Source of the DNA: an uncultured Gammaproteobacteria bacterium
Lineage (GTDB): Bacteria; Patescibacteriota; Patescibacteriia; Patescibacteriales; GWC2-42-12
Assembly (NCBI GenBank): GCA_964467155.1
Contig: CAYXNZ010000004.1
Coordinates: 533-64,532, forward strand
Length of the DNA: 64,000 bases
Direction: 5' to 3'
Every line of letters begins with the position of its first letter. Position 1 is the stretch's first letter. Both the position numbers and the translations under genes were made by a program. Positions 1 to 8,301 of the stretch are shown in pieces. The notes beneath the pieces were generated by a model, which ran no database searches, was not told the origin of the DNA, and was given only the letters and a program-made list of their open reading frames with translations.

Positions 1-815
1 AAAGAGACCCACGATACCCTGGAATAAGTTAGAATAAATATAATTGTAATAATTAAGAAGTATATGGCGATTAGAATATTTTTTTCTATTTTTCTATTTT
101 TCTTAGCTAGATAATAAGAAAAAATTAGTGATAGAATGACAAAAAGATATAATCCGAATGAATTGGGGTGAGCGAAGGTTCCAGTCAGCCTGCCCAAAGA
201 CGAATCTTGTTCAAAAAAATAATTATTTGTAATTATTTGGTAGATAGCTGAAACCACAGGGATAACGGAAGATATGACAGAAAAAAATATAATTTTCATT
301 AGATTTTTTGTACCAGAGAAATTAACAAAAGAAATTACGTACATCATAAAAGGCACACAGAAATAAATTGCCCCAATAATACTAATTGATTTATAATCAG
401 ACCAAAAAATCGACAGAATGACATAAGAAGTAAATAATAGTATAATATATCTAAGCGGTAATTGTTTGATTTTTTGCCAATTTGTTAGAATTATTATCAA
501 GCCAATAGTGATTATCACTAAATAAAGGAGGGCGATTGGATTTATCAAAATTGAGCCGTAGTTTTTTGAAAATAAATATTGGGTTAGGTCTATTTTGTAG
601 TAGTTAAATTTATAGGCGGTTGGAAAAATTAAAATTAAAAATAAAAATAACCAATTAGTATTTAAGGCAGCCATTATAAAAAGCAGCATTAAAATAATTA
701 AAGATAATGGCAGAAACCAATTGTTTGTTATGTCAAAATTTACTAGGCAAAAAAGAAGCAAAATACCGAGTGAAGATGAAATAACGATATAAAAAATTTT
801 GGCTATCGGATTCAT
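1..815 (-). CDS. O-antigen ligase (Wzy_C)-like polytopic membrane protein. The 3' part runs off the window start. It is absent from the supplied ORF track.
   Basis: Hand translation from the ATG at 815-813 (MNPIAKIFYIVISSSLGILLLFC...) stays open to base 1; I checked every in-frame triplet for stops. The product is hydrophobic throughout. '...GRLTGTFAHPNSFG...' and '...ILTYSRVSW...' resemble O-antigen ligase family motifs. Confidence 0.6.
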   Translation of the reverse strand, partial: MNPIAKIFYIVISSSLGILLLFCLVNFDITNNWFLPLSLIILMLLFIMAALNTNWLFLFLILIFPTAYKFNYYKIDLTQYLFSKNYGSILINPIALLYLVIITIGLIIILTNWQKIKQLPLRYIILLFTSYVILSIFWSDYKSISIIGAIYFCVPFMMYVISFVNFSGTKNLMKIIFFSVISSVIPVVSAIYQIITNNYFFEQDSSLGRLTGTFAHPNSFGLYLFVILSLIFSYYLAKKNRKIEKNILIAIYFLIITIIFILTYSRVSWVS

Positions 816-878
816 TTAGTGTTTTGAAAATGAATTATTATATAATAATTTTAGAATAATTATCTAAAAATAGCAAAA

Positions 879-1889
879 ATGAAAAAAGTATTTATCGTTT
901 GGGGGAGGGAATTGCAATTGAGCCAAAATCTTACGAAGGCTTTAGACATGGAGCTAAAACAGTTTTATTTTAAAGAAAATTCTATTTTTTTGCGATTAGT
1001 TTTTTTAAGATATGTCGCGCAAAGTATAGCAACGTTAGTTTATTTATCCAAAAATAAGCCAAAAGTTATTTTAGTGCAAAATCCGCCAGTTTTTGCTTCC
1101 GTGACAGTTTTATTTTTTTGCTGGTTGAGTGGTTCTAGAATGGCGATTGATTCGCACACGGCTGCTTTTTTAGATAAAAAATGGAGATTTTTCTTTCCTC
1201 TTTTCAAATTTGTAGCCAGAAGAGCGATTGTTAATACTTGTCATAATTATAAAAATTTAGAGATATTGAAAAACTGGGGGATATCACCGGCGATGGTTAT
1301 GCAGTTTGATAATCCGATATATAAACAGAATACGCTGGAGCAACCAATATTAGATTTAAAATTAAATAAAATTTTGGAAAATTCAAAACATCCGATAATG
1401 ATGGTAAATCGTTTTGCCAATGACGACGACGTGGAGACTGTAATAGAAACAGCGAAATTATTACCTAAATATACTTTTTATATCACAGGTGATTCCGCAG
1501 AATATCAGAATCAGAAGATTTTACAAAATATGTCGCCGAATATTTTTTTGACAGGATATTTAAAGCATAATGAATTTTTAAAATTAATGTGGCGATGCCG
1601 AGTTATTTTAGCTTTTACTACAAGAAAAGATACTGTTTTATGGTCTATTAGGGAAATAATGGCTCTTAATAAGCCATACGTAACAACCGACAGCGATGTT
1701 TTGAGATATTATCATGGAGAGACTGGTTTGTTTTCTAAATCAAATCCAGAGGAGTTAAAAATAAGAATAGAAGAAGCAGAAAGAAATAAAAAAACTATAA
1801 AAGAAAAAATAGAAATATTTTTGAAAAAAGATAAAGAAAGATGGGACAAAGAGATAGAAACTTTAAATAGCATTTTAAATGAGAGTTGA
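879..1889 (+). CDS. Glycosyltransferase-like protein (GT-B/GT1-GT4-like)
   Basis: 336-aa ORF. The C-terminal half (ILAFTTRKDTVLWSIREIMALNKPYVTTDSD) resembles the GT1-family donor-binding region. Its neighbours are glycan-related genes. Confidence 0.45.
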   Translation: MKKVFIVWGRELQLSQNLTKALDMELKQFYFKENSIFLRLVFLRYVAQSIATLVYLSKNKPKVILVQNPPVFASVTVLFFCWLSGSRMAIDSHTAAFLDKKWRFFFPLFKFVARRAIVNTCHNYKNLEILKNWGISPAMVMQFDNPIYKQNTLEQPILDLKLNKILENSKHPIMMVNRFANDDDVETVIETAKLLPKYTFYITGDSAEYQNQKILQNMSPNIFLTGYLKHNEFLKLMWRCRVILAFTTRKDTVLWSIREIMALNKPYVTTDSDVLRYYHGETGLFSKSNPEELKIRIEEAERNKKTIKEKIEIFLKKDKERWDKEIETLNSILNES

Positions 1890-2877
1890 TTTATTGAAAA
1901 GATTTATATTTTCCAGCCCTAAAAAACAATTTAATTTATTGTTAGTTTTTTTATCTTATTTTTTAAAAATCAAAAAGCCGTGGGGGATCCCGATTCGTTT
2001 AATGATTGAGCCGACTAATTTTTGCAATTTAAAATGTCCGACTTGTCCGGTTGGGACGGGTGAGATTGAAAAAGACAAGGGTGTTATGAGCTTGAACGAT
2101 TTAAAAAAAATAATTGATGAGGCAGGGGATTATTTATATCATATTACTCTCTGGAATTGGGGTGAACCTTTTCTTAATACAAAGTTAGTAGAAATGATAA
2201 GTTATGCTAAAAAAAAGAATATTTATGTGATTACGAGTACTAATGGACATTTTTTAAATAAAGAAAATATAGAAAAATTAGTTGAATCTAGTTTGGATGA
2301 AATAATCATTGCTTTAGATGGCTTAAGTCAAGAGACATTGTCTAGATATAGAGTTGGCGCAGATTTTGAAAAAATAAAGCAAGGCATAAATAATTTAGTT
2401 GAATATAAAAAAATAAAGAATAAAAAAAATCCGATTGTGCAACTACAATTTATTGCCATGAAACATAATGAACATGAAATTAATGAATTGAAAGATTTTG
2501 CTTCTAGTTTGGGCGTAGATAAGGTAATTTTAAAAACATTTGGCTCTCATTTAGATGTAAGTAAATTAAAGCAATTTGAGCCTGAAGATAAAAAAATATC
2601 TCGATATAACGTAAAGAATAAAAATAAAAATATTTGTAAAAATATTTGGTTGGGAATGAATATTAATTTTGATGGTAATATTGTTCCTTGTTGTTATGAT
2701 CCTTTTGAGAAACATGTCTTAGGCAATATTTTTTTAGAAGATAATATTGTAAAGGTATGGCGTGGTAATAAATTTTCTGATTTTCGTCGTTCAGTTTTAA
2801 TTAATAAAAACAACATTGATATTTGTAAAAATTGTGATTATAATAATAAGTTAAGTAAAGAAATAAATTTTAAATAA
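1879..2877 (+). CDS. Radical SAM enzyme with a C-terminal SPASM-like Cys cluster
   Basis: CxxxCxxC motif 'CNLKCPTC' after an N-terminal hydrophobic segment. The C-terminus is Cys-rich (VPCCYDP...CKNCDYN). The start overlaps the upstream gene by 11 nt. Confidence 0.8.
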   Translation: MRVDLLKRFIFSSPKKQFNLLLVFLSYFLKIKKPWGIPIRLMIEPTNFCNLKCPTCPVGTGEIEKDKGVMSLNDLKKIIDEAGDYLYHITLWNWGEPFLNTKLVEMISYAKKKNIYVITSTNGHFLNKENIEKLVESSLDEIIIALDGLSQETLSRYRVGADFEKIKQGINNLVEYKKIKNKKNPIVQLQFIAMKHNEHEINELKDFASSLGVDKVILKTFGSHLDVSKLKQFEPEDKKISRYNVKNKNKNICKNIWLGMNINFDGNIVPCCYDPFEKHVLGNIFLEDNIVKVWRGNKFSDFRRSVLINKNNIDICKNCDYNNKLSKEINFK

Positions 2878-2897
2878 TAAAAAATTAACGAAAAATT

Positions 2898-3113
2898 ATG
2901 ATTATCTTCAGAGAGTATCTTTTTACCTTTGGTTGGGCAATTGTTGGGGCTATTTCCATGGCGATTGCTTTAGCAATGATGTTAAAAGTTTTCAATTGGT
3001 TAACTCCAGTTGACGAGTGGGAGGAGATAAAGAAGGGTAATATAGCAGTAGCAATTGCAGTTGCTTCGGTAATAATTAGCGCAGCGCTTGTTATAGGTAA
3101 TGCGATTACTTAA
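2898..3113 (+). CDS. Small two-TM membrane protein, DUF350-like
   Basis: 71 aa with two hydrophobic helices flanking 'LTPVDEWEEIKKGNIAVAI', which resembles the DUF350 core. Confidence 0.5.
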   Translation: MIIFREYLFTFGWAIVGAISMAIALAMMLKVFNWLTPVDEWEEIKKGNIAVAIAVASVIISAALVIGNAIT

Positions 3114-3134
3114 AATTTTATAAAAAATATTTTT

Positions 3135-4646
3135 ATGAAAAGAGCAAGAATATTATTGCTTAGCCTTTTGTTAATTGCAATTGGCGTATCGGCAGTTGAT
3201 TTATCAGCTCAAGCTGGTATTCTTGATTTTTTTTATAAAACTAAAGATGTATTAACTGTAGCGGGCAATCAAGTTTTATTAAATGGTAATAAAATATTAT
3301 TGAGTGGCGTAGCAGTTGGTGATCCACATTCCAGATTAACTAATGATCAAAGAACAATTGACGATTACGAAGTGATAAGCAAGGAGTGGAAAGCTAACGT
3401 TGTCCGATTATCTGTCCATCCTGGCGTTTGGCGTCGAGATGAAAAAAGAGGCAAAAGTATGCTGGAGGAAGAGGTTAAGGCCGCACGTGATAACGGTCTT
3501 TTTGTTATTATTGATTGGCATGTGATCGGTAATCCAAACGGTTGGTATAAGCCTTGTCCTTGGGGTGAATACCATTACTATTCTTATAGTAGTAATTTCA
3601 ATATTGCTAAAGATTTTTGGAAGTATATCGCTCTAGAATATCGTAGTGATCGTGGTGTTATGTTTGAATTATGGAATGAGCCAGCTGATGACAAAGATCA
3701 GAAGTGGGAATACATACAAGATTACATGCAAAGATTAACAGATATTATAAAAAGTAATGGTGCAGAAAATATTATTATTGGTCCAGGTGTGTGGTGGACA
3801 TACGACTTAAGGGGAGTAAAGAATAAACCACTCTCAGGAGACAATATTGCTTATGCTTGGCATAATTACCCAACCAATAATAGTCGTTATATATCTTGGG
3901 ATTTGGCGATGGATGATTTATATAAATATTATCCAATCTTTGTAACAGAGTGGGGCTACACAGAAGAACCAGGGAATATGTATTATTCAAATGTAGATAA
4001 TTATAGTGAAAATTTAAAAAAATATTTATTAGAAAAAGGATTGCATTTTACTGCCTGGTGTTGGCATGCCACCTGGAAGCCAACAATGTTTAAAGCAAAT
4101 TGGGTAGATTTGAATGAGTATGGTGGATTTGTAAAAAAATTATTAGCTGATATTGAGAATGGCTGGGCATATTTAAATTTGGAAGAGACTAAACCGCTTG
4201 ATTGTGATACGCAAAAGCGGATAACAGATTTTATAAAAAATGGAGTTGATAAAAATTCTATTTATATCGGAGAAGGGGAGAGAAAAGCAGTGGTCTTTTC
4301 TTTTCAGCAAGCATTCGGTCGATTACCTGAGAGTGATACTGATCATGAAGATATAAAACTTATTGCTAATGGACATTGGCCAAGTCAAAGAAGTACCGTT
4401 GCTGAAGCAAAGGCACAAAATACTTTTCGTTATATTTATAAGCGAGAATCAAACATGGATTACCCTTGTGATAATGCTGCTATAACAGTCATGGCTTATG
4501 GTTTGAGGCAAAGAGCTGAGAACCGTAATTTAGAAAGCGAAGAACGAGGTTTAATAATTTTTAAAAGTTTATATAATCATTTGCCAGATTCAACTGAAGA
4601 TTGGAATATTTTACAAGCGATAACTTATTCAGGTGCATCAAGGTAG
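3135..4646 (+). CDS. Secreted glycoside hydrolase family 5 (cellulase-family) protein with an extra ~130-aa C-terminal domain
   Basis: Signal peptide present. GH5 acid/base motif 'FELWNEP' and nucleophile-region 'FVTEWG' are both present. The C-terminal domain is shared with the 1337-aa protein at 54414-58427. Confidence 0.75.
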   Translation: MKRARILLLSLLLIAIGVSAVDLSAQAGILDFFYKTKDVLTVAGNQVLLNGNKILLSGVAVGDPHSRLTNDQRTIDDYEVISKEWKANVVRLSVHPGVWRRDEKRGKSMLEEEVKAARDNGLFVIIDWHVIGNPNGWYKPCPWGEYHYYSYSSNFNIAKDFWKYIALEYRSDRGVMFELWNEPADDKDQKWEYIQDYMQRLTDIIKSNGAENIIIGPGVWWTYDLRGVKNKPLSGDNIAYAWHNYPTNNSRYISWDLAMDDLYKYYPIFVTEWGYTEEPGNMYYSNVDNYSENLKKYLLEKGLHFTAWCWHATWKPTMFKANWVDLNEYGGFVKKLLADIENGWAYLNLEETKPLDCDTQKRITDFIKNGVDKNSIYIGEGERKAVVFSFQQAFGRLPESDTDHEDIKLIANGHWPSQRSTVAEAKAQNTFRYIYKRESNMDYPCDNAAITVMAYGLRQRAENRNLESEERGLIIFKSLYNHLPDSTEDWNILQAITYSGASR

Positions 4647-4705
4647 CGGCGAATCAAAAATATTAAATTTTTTTGTTATTCTCAACTTAGTTGGGATTTT
4701 TTTAG

Positions 4706-4730
4706 ATTCCCGCGAAAGCGGGAATGACAG
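4706..4730. repeat. G+C-rich palindrome ATTCCCGC-GAAA-GCGGGAAT followed by GACAG
   Basis: Perfect 8-bp stem read directly from the sequence. The reverse complement starts CTGTCATTC, the same 9-mer that begins the element inside mnmA at 52070. Confidence 0.6.
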
Positions 4731-4758
4731 TGGAGGGGGTATTTTTTAGAAAATAAAA

Positions 4759-4803
4759 AAAGGGCAGAGGACGCATGTCGAATATTTGCGTCTTGCCCTT
4801 TTG
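4759..4803. terminator. Bidirectional intrinsic terminator between convergent genes
   Basis: AAGGGCA..GACGCA / TGCGTC.TGCCCTT hairpin, with an A-run on the left and a T-run on the right. Confidence 0.6.
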
Positions 4804-4820
4804 TGTGCTGAAAAGTCTTT

Positions 4821-5831
4821 TTACTTGGTGCAGTCCGGCACTGGTGCCGTACTGATAAGTTCTTCGGACCTCTGCTGGTCCGGAAGCCTGAGGGTTTTGT
4901 CGGCCTGGCTCTTTGTAGCCGGATCGACTGATCCTCTTTGGACAAGGTTATATTGGCATTGAAATGCTTTTACGTCCTTGTCTAACCTGGCTTTAAGGGT
5001 AGCGGAATATTTCTCATTAATTTCTTCCGCTTTCATAAGAGTGGCCTCTGACTGGTTGCCCCAAAGGTTATCCTTCTTGATTCCCCAGATATTCTGGAAT
5101 TCATAGAAGGTTTCATAACCCAGAGCTTTGATCCTCGGTAAAGCTTCAGCGCGCCGTAACATCCAGAGTGTTTTTGATCCTGGAATGCCGTCGGCTTTTA
5201 AGCCTTCGGCAATCTGGAACTCAACTATGGAATTGAAGCCGAGAATCTTGATCCTGGCTTCTACATCTTCGTAGAGATTCTTTTTTTCCAGAATCACCAC
5301 TCTTTTTTTAAGAGAGGTTGATTGCTTAACTGAAGCAGGTTCAACTGCGGCGACCGACCTGTCTGTTGACGACGTTTCTTTCAGTGCCGGAGCGAGAGTG
5401 GATTTGATTTCCTTTGCCGGTGCCGGTGTGTTGACCTTAGGGGCGGAACCGTAATCTGTCAGACTCCACTCGTGGCGATTGAAATTATCATTATTCATAT
5501 CGTCCCTAATGATCGGCTGACGGGCATTAAGCCAATCAAGCATCGCCATGAGGAGCGCCGCAGGAATATCATCTCTGGTGGCTCCGTTATAGCACATTAT
5601 TTGAGGTTCCCCAAAGTACCACTTCGTGGCAAAAAAGCCATTTTCGGGTTTTGTGCTATCAGAAAAATGCTCATTGAAGACTACGTCGCCCACAGTAATC
5701 TTCTTTGATGCGGTTGATATCTTCTCGTCAAAAGCATTATCTGAACGGATATTCGGTGTCTGGTTTTGACACCCCATTGTCATTATTGCAAAAATCGCAA
5801 TGACAACAACAACAAACATATTTCTCTTCAT
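4821..5831 (-). CDS. Lipoprotein of unknown function in a G+C-rich island
   Basis: GGAGGAGGA lies directly upstream of the ATG at 5831. 'IMTMGC' fits a lipobox. 'GLKADGIPGSKT' resembles a peptidoglycan-binding-domain motif. The track start at 5876 is probably too long. Confidence 0.6.
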   Translation of the reverse strand: MKRNMFVVVVIAIFAIMTMGCQNQTPNIRSDNAFDEKISTASKKITVGDVVFNEHFSDSTKPENGFFATKWYFGEPQIMCYNGATRDDIPAALLMAMLDWLNARQPIIRDDMNNDNFNRHEWSLTDYGSAPKVNTPAPAKEIKSTLAPALKETSSTDRSVAAVEPASVKQSTSLKKRVVILEKKNLYEDVEARIKILGFNSIVEFQIAEGLKADGIPGSKTLWMLRRAEALPRIKALGYETFYEFQNIWGIKKDNLWGNQSEATLMKAEEINEKYSATLKARLDKDVKAFQCQYNLVQRGSVDPATKSQADKTLRLPDQQRSEELISTAPVPDCTK

Positions 5832-6100
5832 GTCATCCTCCTCCCCGTCTTTTGGACGGTCTGTTTTCCGTCTCATAGACGGTTCTGTCGTTATGTCTTG
5901 ATCTCTTAGTTACTCACCATGAGTAGATTAGAGAATTTTTTTAATGTTCAAATAACATTTAAAATTAGCATAATTGTTAAAGTTTGTCAATATATAGTTA
6001 AAAAACAGCTAATATTAGAAAAAATTATCAATCATTGATTTTGATTGACTTTTTTGTTGTCTCATGCTAAGATTTAGCATAAACTTTTTAAATTATTGTT

Positions 6101-7399
6101 ATGAAAATAAATAAAATCAATCAAAAAATACTATTATTTTTAATAATCTTTAGTTTTGTCTTATTTCCAACCGCTGGCTTTGGCGAAGAGGAAAAACAAT
6201 ACAGAATAGGGGAGTTTATTCATGTTAGTGATAAAGATTATTTGTTAGTTAGTAATGGGCAGTTTATCGAGGTTTTAGAATTAACTAAGGAAGATAAACT
6301 AGTCAAAGTCAGTGAAATATACGGTATGGATAGTGTTAATGATATAGCTGTTAATCAAGAAGATGATGTTTTGCGTTTATATGTTTCATCTGGCAATGAA
6401 ATTATTAAATATAATATTACTAACCCTTTGCTACCAGAAATTGAACTTGAACGTGGTTTGTATGAATGGAGAAGATGGCATGGTGCAATTGGCTATTCGC
6501 GATCAATCGCTGGAGTCAATGATTATATTTTGACTGCTGGTTCCAAGGGAACCAAGAGAATAGAAAAAAGTAATTTATTTGATAACAAAACTTACACAGG
6601 AGAACCTACTTATGGTGTGACTGCTGATAATTCACGATTAGTTTTTACAACTAGCGACAAAGGGTATATTTATAGTCTTAGCGGAGAGATTGTTAAAGAA
6701 TTAAAAATCGAGAATTCTGAAAGTTACATCAGAAAGCCAATAATGGATTATTATACCAATACTTATTTTTTATCAGATAATGGAATTATAAAAGTTAATA
6801 CTCGTGGTGATGTTATTGGTAGTTATTACAATCCAGTACAAGCTGGCGTAATTCATAGTTACGCTGCTAGTACTTTACCTAATGGCGAAGTGTACTACGT
6901 TAACGGTTATGGTGTGTCAAAGTTTGATAAAAATTTTAATAAAACAAAGTGGTTACATACAGCACAGTCTTTAAATTACGGTAATAATTCTTGGGCAGTT
7001 GGTGTGACAGCAAAGAGTTTTACTCAAGGTAGCCGTATCGTGGTTTTTAATAAGTCTTCAATCTTACTTTTGAATGACGATCTTAATTTACTTGATCAGT
7101 ATACTTATCAGCCGAGTAATAACTCTGACAAAAATTTAGGTGAGACATCATTAAGACTTTCTAAGTATCAGGGATCACAAAATGAAACTATTAACGCTTA
7201 CGTTTATGGTTTTTGGCCAAATGAGCAAGTACAGATAAGTTTTGATGGAGATATTTATGCGGTCGATGTCGACAATATTGGCTTCGGTGCAACTAGTGTT
7301 AAGGTGCCTGGCGGAAATAAAACAGGAATAGTTACTATTTCAGCTAATGGCGCTGATTCAAGCTTGAACTATCAAGCTACGTTTAATATTGTAGATTAA
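6101..7399 (+). CDS. Secreted hypothetical protein (beta-rich)
   Basis: 432-aa ORF with an N-terminal signal-like helix. I recognised no catalytic motif. Confidence 0.5.
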   Translation: MKINKINQKILLFLIIFSFVLFPTAGFGEEEKQYRIGEFIHVSDKDYLLVSNGQFIEVLELTKEDKLVKVSEIYGMDSVNDIAVNQEDDVLRLYVSSGNEIIKYNITNPLLPEIELERGLYEWRRWHGAIGYSRSIAGVNDYILTAGSKGTKRIEKSNLFDNKTYTGEPTYGVTADNSRLVFTTSDKGYIYSLSGEIVKELKIENSESYIRKPIMDYYTNTYFLSDNGIIKVNTRGDVIGSYYNPVQAGVIHSYAASTLPNGEVYYVNGYGVSKFDKNFNKTKWLHTAQSLNYGNNSWAVGVTAKSFTQGSRIVVFNKSSILLLNDDLNLLDQYTYQPSNNSDKNLGETSLRLSKYQGSQNETINAYVYGFWPNEQVQISFDGDIYAVDVDNIGFGATSVKVPGGNKTGIVTISANGADSSLNYQATFNIVD

Positions 7400-7423
7400 T
7401 TTAAATTTATTTTTATAATAATA

Positions 7424-7460
7424 AAAACGGAGTTTGTTTTTGACTCCGTTTTCTGGTTTT
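7424..7460 (+). terminator. Intrinsic terminator
   Basis: AAAACGGAGT...ACTCCGTTTT hairpin followed by a T-rich tail. Confidence 0.6.
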
Positions 7461-7488
7461 AAAAATATTATTATGATAAAATAGTTTT

Positions 7489-7866
7489 ATGATTTTATAT
7501 ATAAATACAATTAAAAATGAAAGCACTAAAATAGAGATTCGTCTGGAAGATGGTGAGCGAGTAATCGTTTGTTCAGAATTTGGTGCTAAATACATGCAAG
7601 CAGAAAAGCTTTTGCCAGCGATTGAAAAGTTGATTAAGAAAAGCAATTTTAAATTAACCGACTTAAAAAAGATAATAGTTGAAAATAGGGGAGGTAGTTT
7701 TACGGCTGCCCGTATTGGTGTTGTTACTGCGAATGCTTTGGCATATGCGCTTGGTGCAAAAGTTGAGAGCATGGACAATAATAAAAAGAAAAAAAATAAA
7801 ATAGATATTGTTTTGCCATCATATAGTGGGAAGCCGAATATAACCAAGAAAAAACAGTTTGCATAA
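7489..7866 (+). CDS. tsaB: TsaB (YeaZ)-like protein, N-terminal half only
   Basis: 'GGSFTAARIGVVTANALAYAL' matches the TsaB 'GPGSFTGLRIG...A..LA' block. At 125 aa it is about half the normal length. Confidence 0.5.
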   Translation: MILYINTIKNESTKIEIRLEDGERVIVCSEFGAKYMQAEKLLPAIEKLIKKSNFKLTDLKKIIVENRGGSFTAARIGVVTANALAYALGAKVESMDNNKKKKNKIDIVLPSYSGKPNITKKKQFA

Positions 7867-7994
7867 TAGATTCTTTTGTGGACTAATTGTTGAAAAGTAT
7901 GTAATTTTATAATAATAAAATGTTAGATAAAAATCTGTTCAATTTGAGCGGGTTTTTTTATTTGTATTTTTTACTAATATAAGGTTAAAAATTA

Positions 7995-8070
7995 GTGGGT
8001 TATTATCATTGACAAAAGGGGGTTGGTGGTGTATAATTAAATAAGATTGGTGAAAAGTGGGGAATAGTGG
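7995..8070 (+). promoter_or_regulatory. Phased GTGG(G) boxes, candidate MraZ operator
   Basis: GTGG motifs start at 7995, 8026, 8057 and 8067, giving spacings of 31, 31 and 10 bp. They straddle the promoter upstream of mraZ. Confidence 0.3.
8009..8037 (+). promoter_or_regulatory. Consensus sigma70-type promoter (TTGACA-N17-TATAAT)
   Basis: TTGACA at 8009-8014, a 17-nt spacer, and TATAAT at 8032-8037, all read directly. Confidence 0.6.
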
Positions 8071-8099
8071 AAAAGTATAAAAATTTTTGACAAACAAAA

Positions 8100-8295
8100 A
8101 TAAAAATAAAAAGTTATTTAGTCGGCCAAGATAATTCGCGTCGGCTACTTCCAGAATAAATCCTGGGAGAAAAACAAAAAAGGCTATGTCCCGGGCCTGT
8201 CGGGATAACTTTAGAGTAATTATTAAGGCGAAGAAGGGGGCTGACAGATTTCTATCGGTCGGTCTCCTCCTCAGTCTTATACTTAACATTTAATT
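8100..8295 (+). other. G+C-enriched, hairpin-rich leader upstream of mraZ (candidate structured RNA)
   Basis: Local hairpins CCAG..CTGG and TCCCG..CGGGA. A hand count of 8161-8220 gives 27/60 G+C, against AT-rich surroundings. Confidence 0.3.
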
Positions 8296-8301
8296 CAGAT
8301 C

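Noticed and set aside
2898-3113. The 71-aa ORF after the radical SAM/SPASM gene as a RiPP precursor peptide.
   Set aside because: It is a two-helix membrane protein of the DUF350 type with no Cys/Ser/Thr-rich core or leader-like region.
3775-3990. Antisense or overlapping ORFs from the track that lie inside confidently called genes. Examples: 3775-3990(-), 5472-5708(+), 10579-10857(-), 11379-11576(-), 15303-15632(+), 16462-16734(+), 17476-17867, 19589-19813(+), 20570-20878(+), 22291-22473(+), 23000-23302(-), 26011-26626(-), 33761-34469(+), 36558-36844, 41055-41417(+), 47039-47239(+), 48501-48740(+), 55041-57917 (several), 60723-60956.
   Set aside because: Each is fully embedded, on the opposite strand or in another frame, in an ORF with clear family motifs. 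Their products are low-complexity or hydrophobic junk typical of AT-rich antisense frames.
4682-4945. 87-aa minus-strand ORF overlapping the 3' end of the lipoprotein gene.
   Set aside because: It runs through the terminator hairpin and the palindromic repeat. It is an out-of-frame read-through of G+C-rich sequence.
7939-8289. 116-aa minus-strand ORF, plus the 144-aa ORF at 7413-7847(-).
   Set aside because: Both overlap the mraZ promoter/leader and the TsaB-like gene. Neither has an RBS and the sequences look like junk, so the region is better explained as regulatory or RNA.
8100-8295. SRP (4.5S) RNA or 6S RNA in the mraZ leader.
   Set aside because: I could find no GGAA/GNRA-capped helix-8 motif (AGGUCCGGAAGGAAGCAGCC-like). 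6S RNA cannot be judged without covariation data, so I kept this only as an unclassified structured leader.
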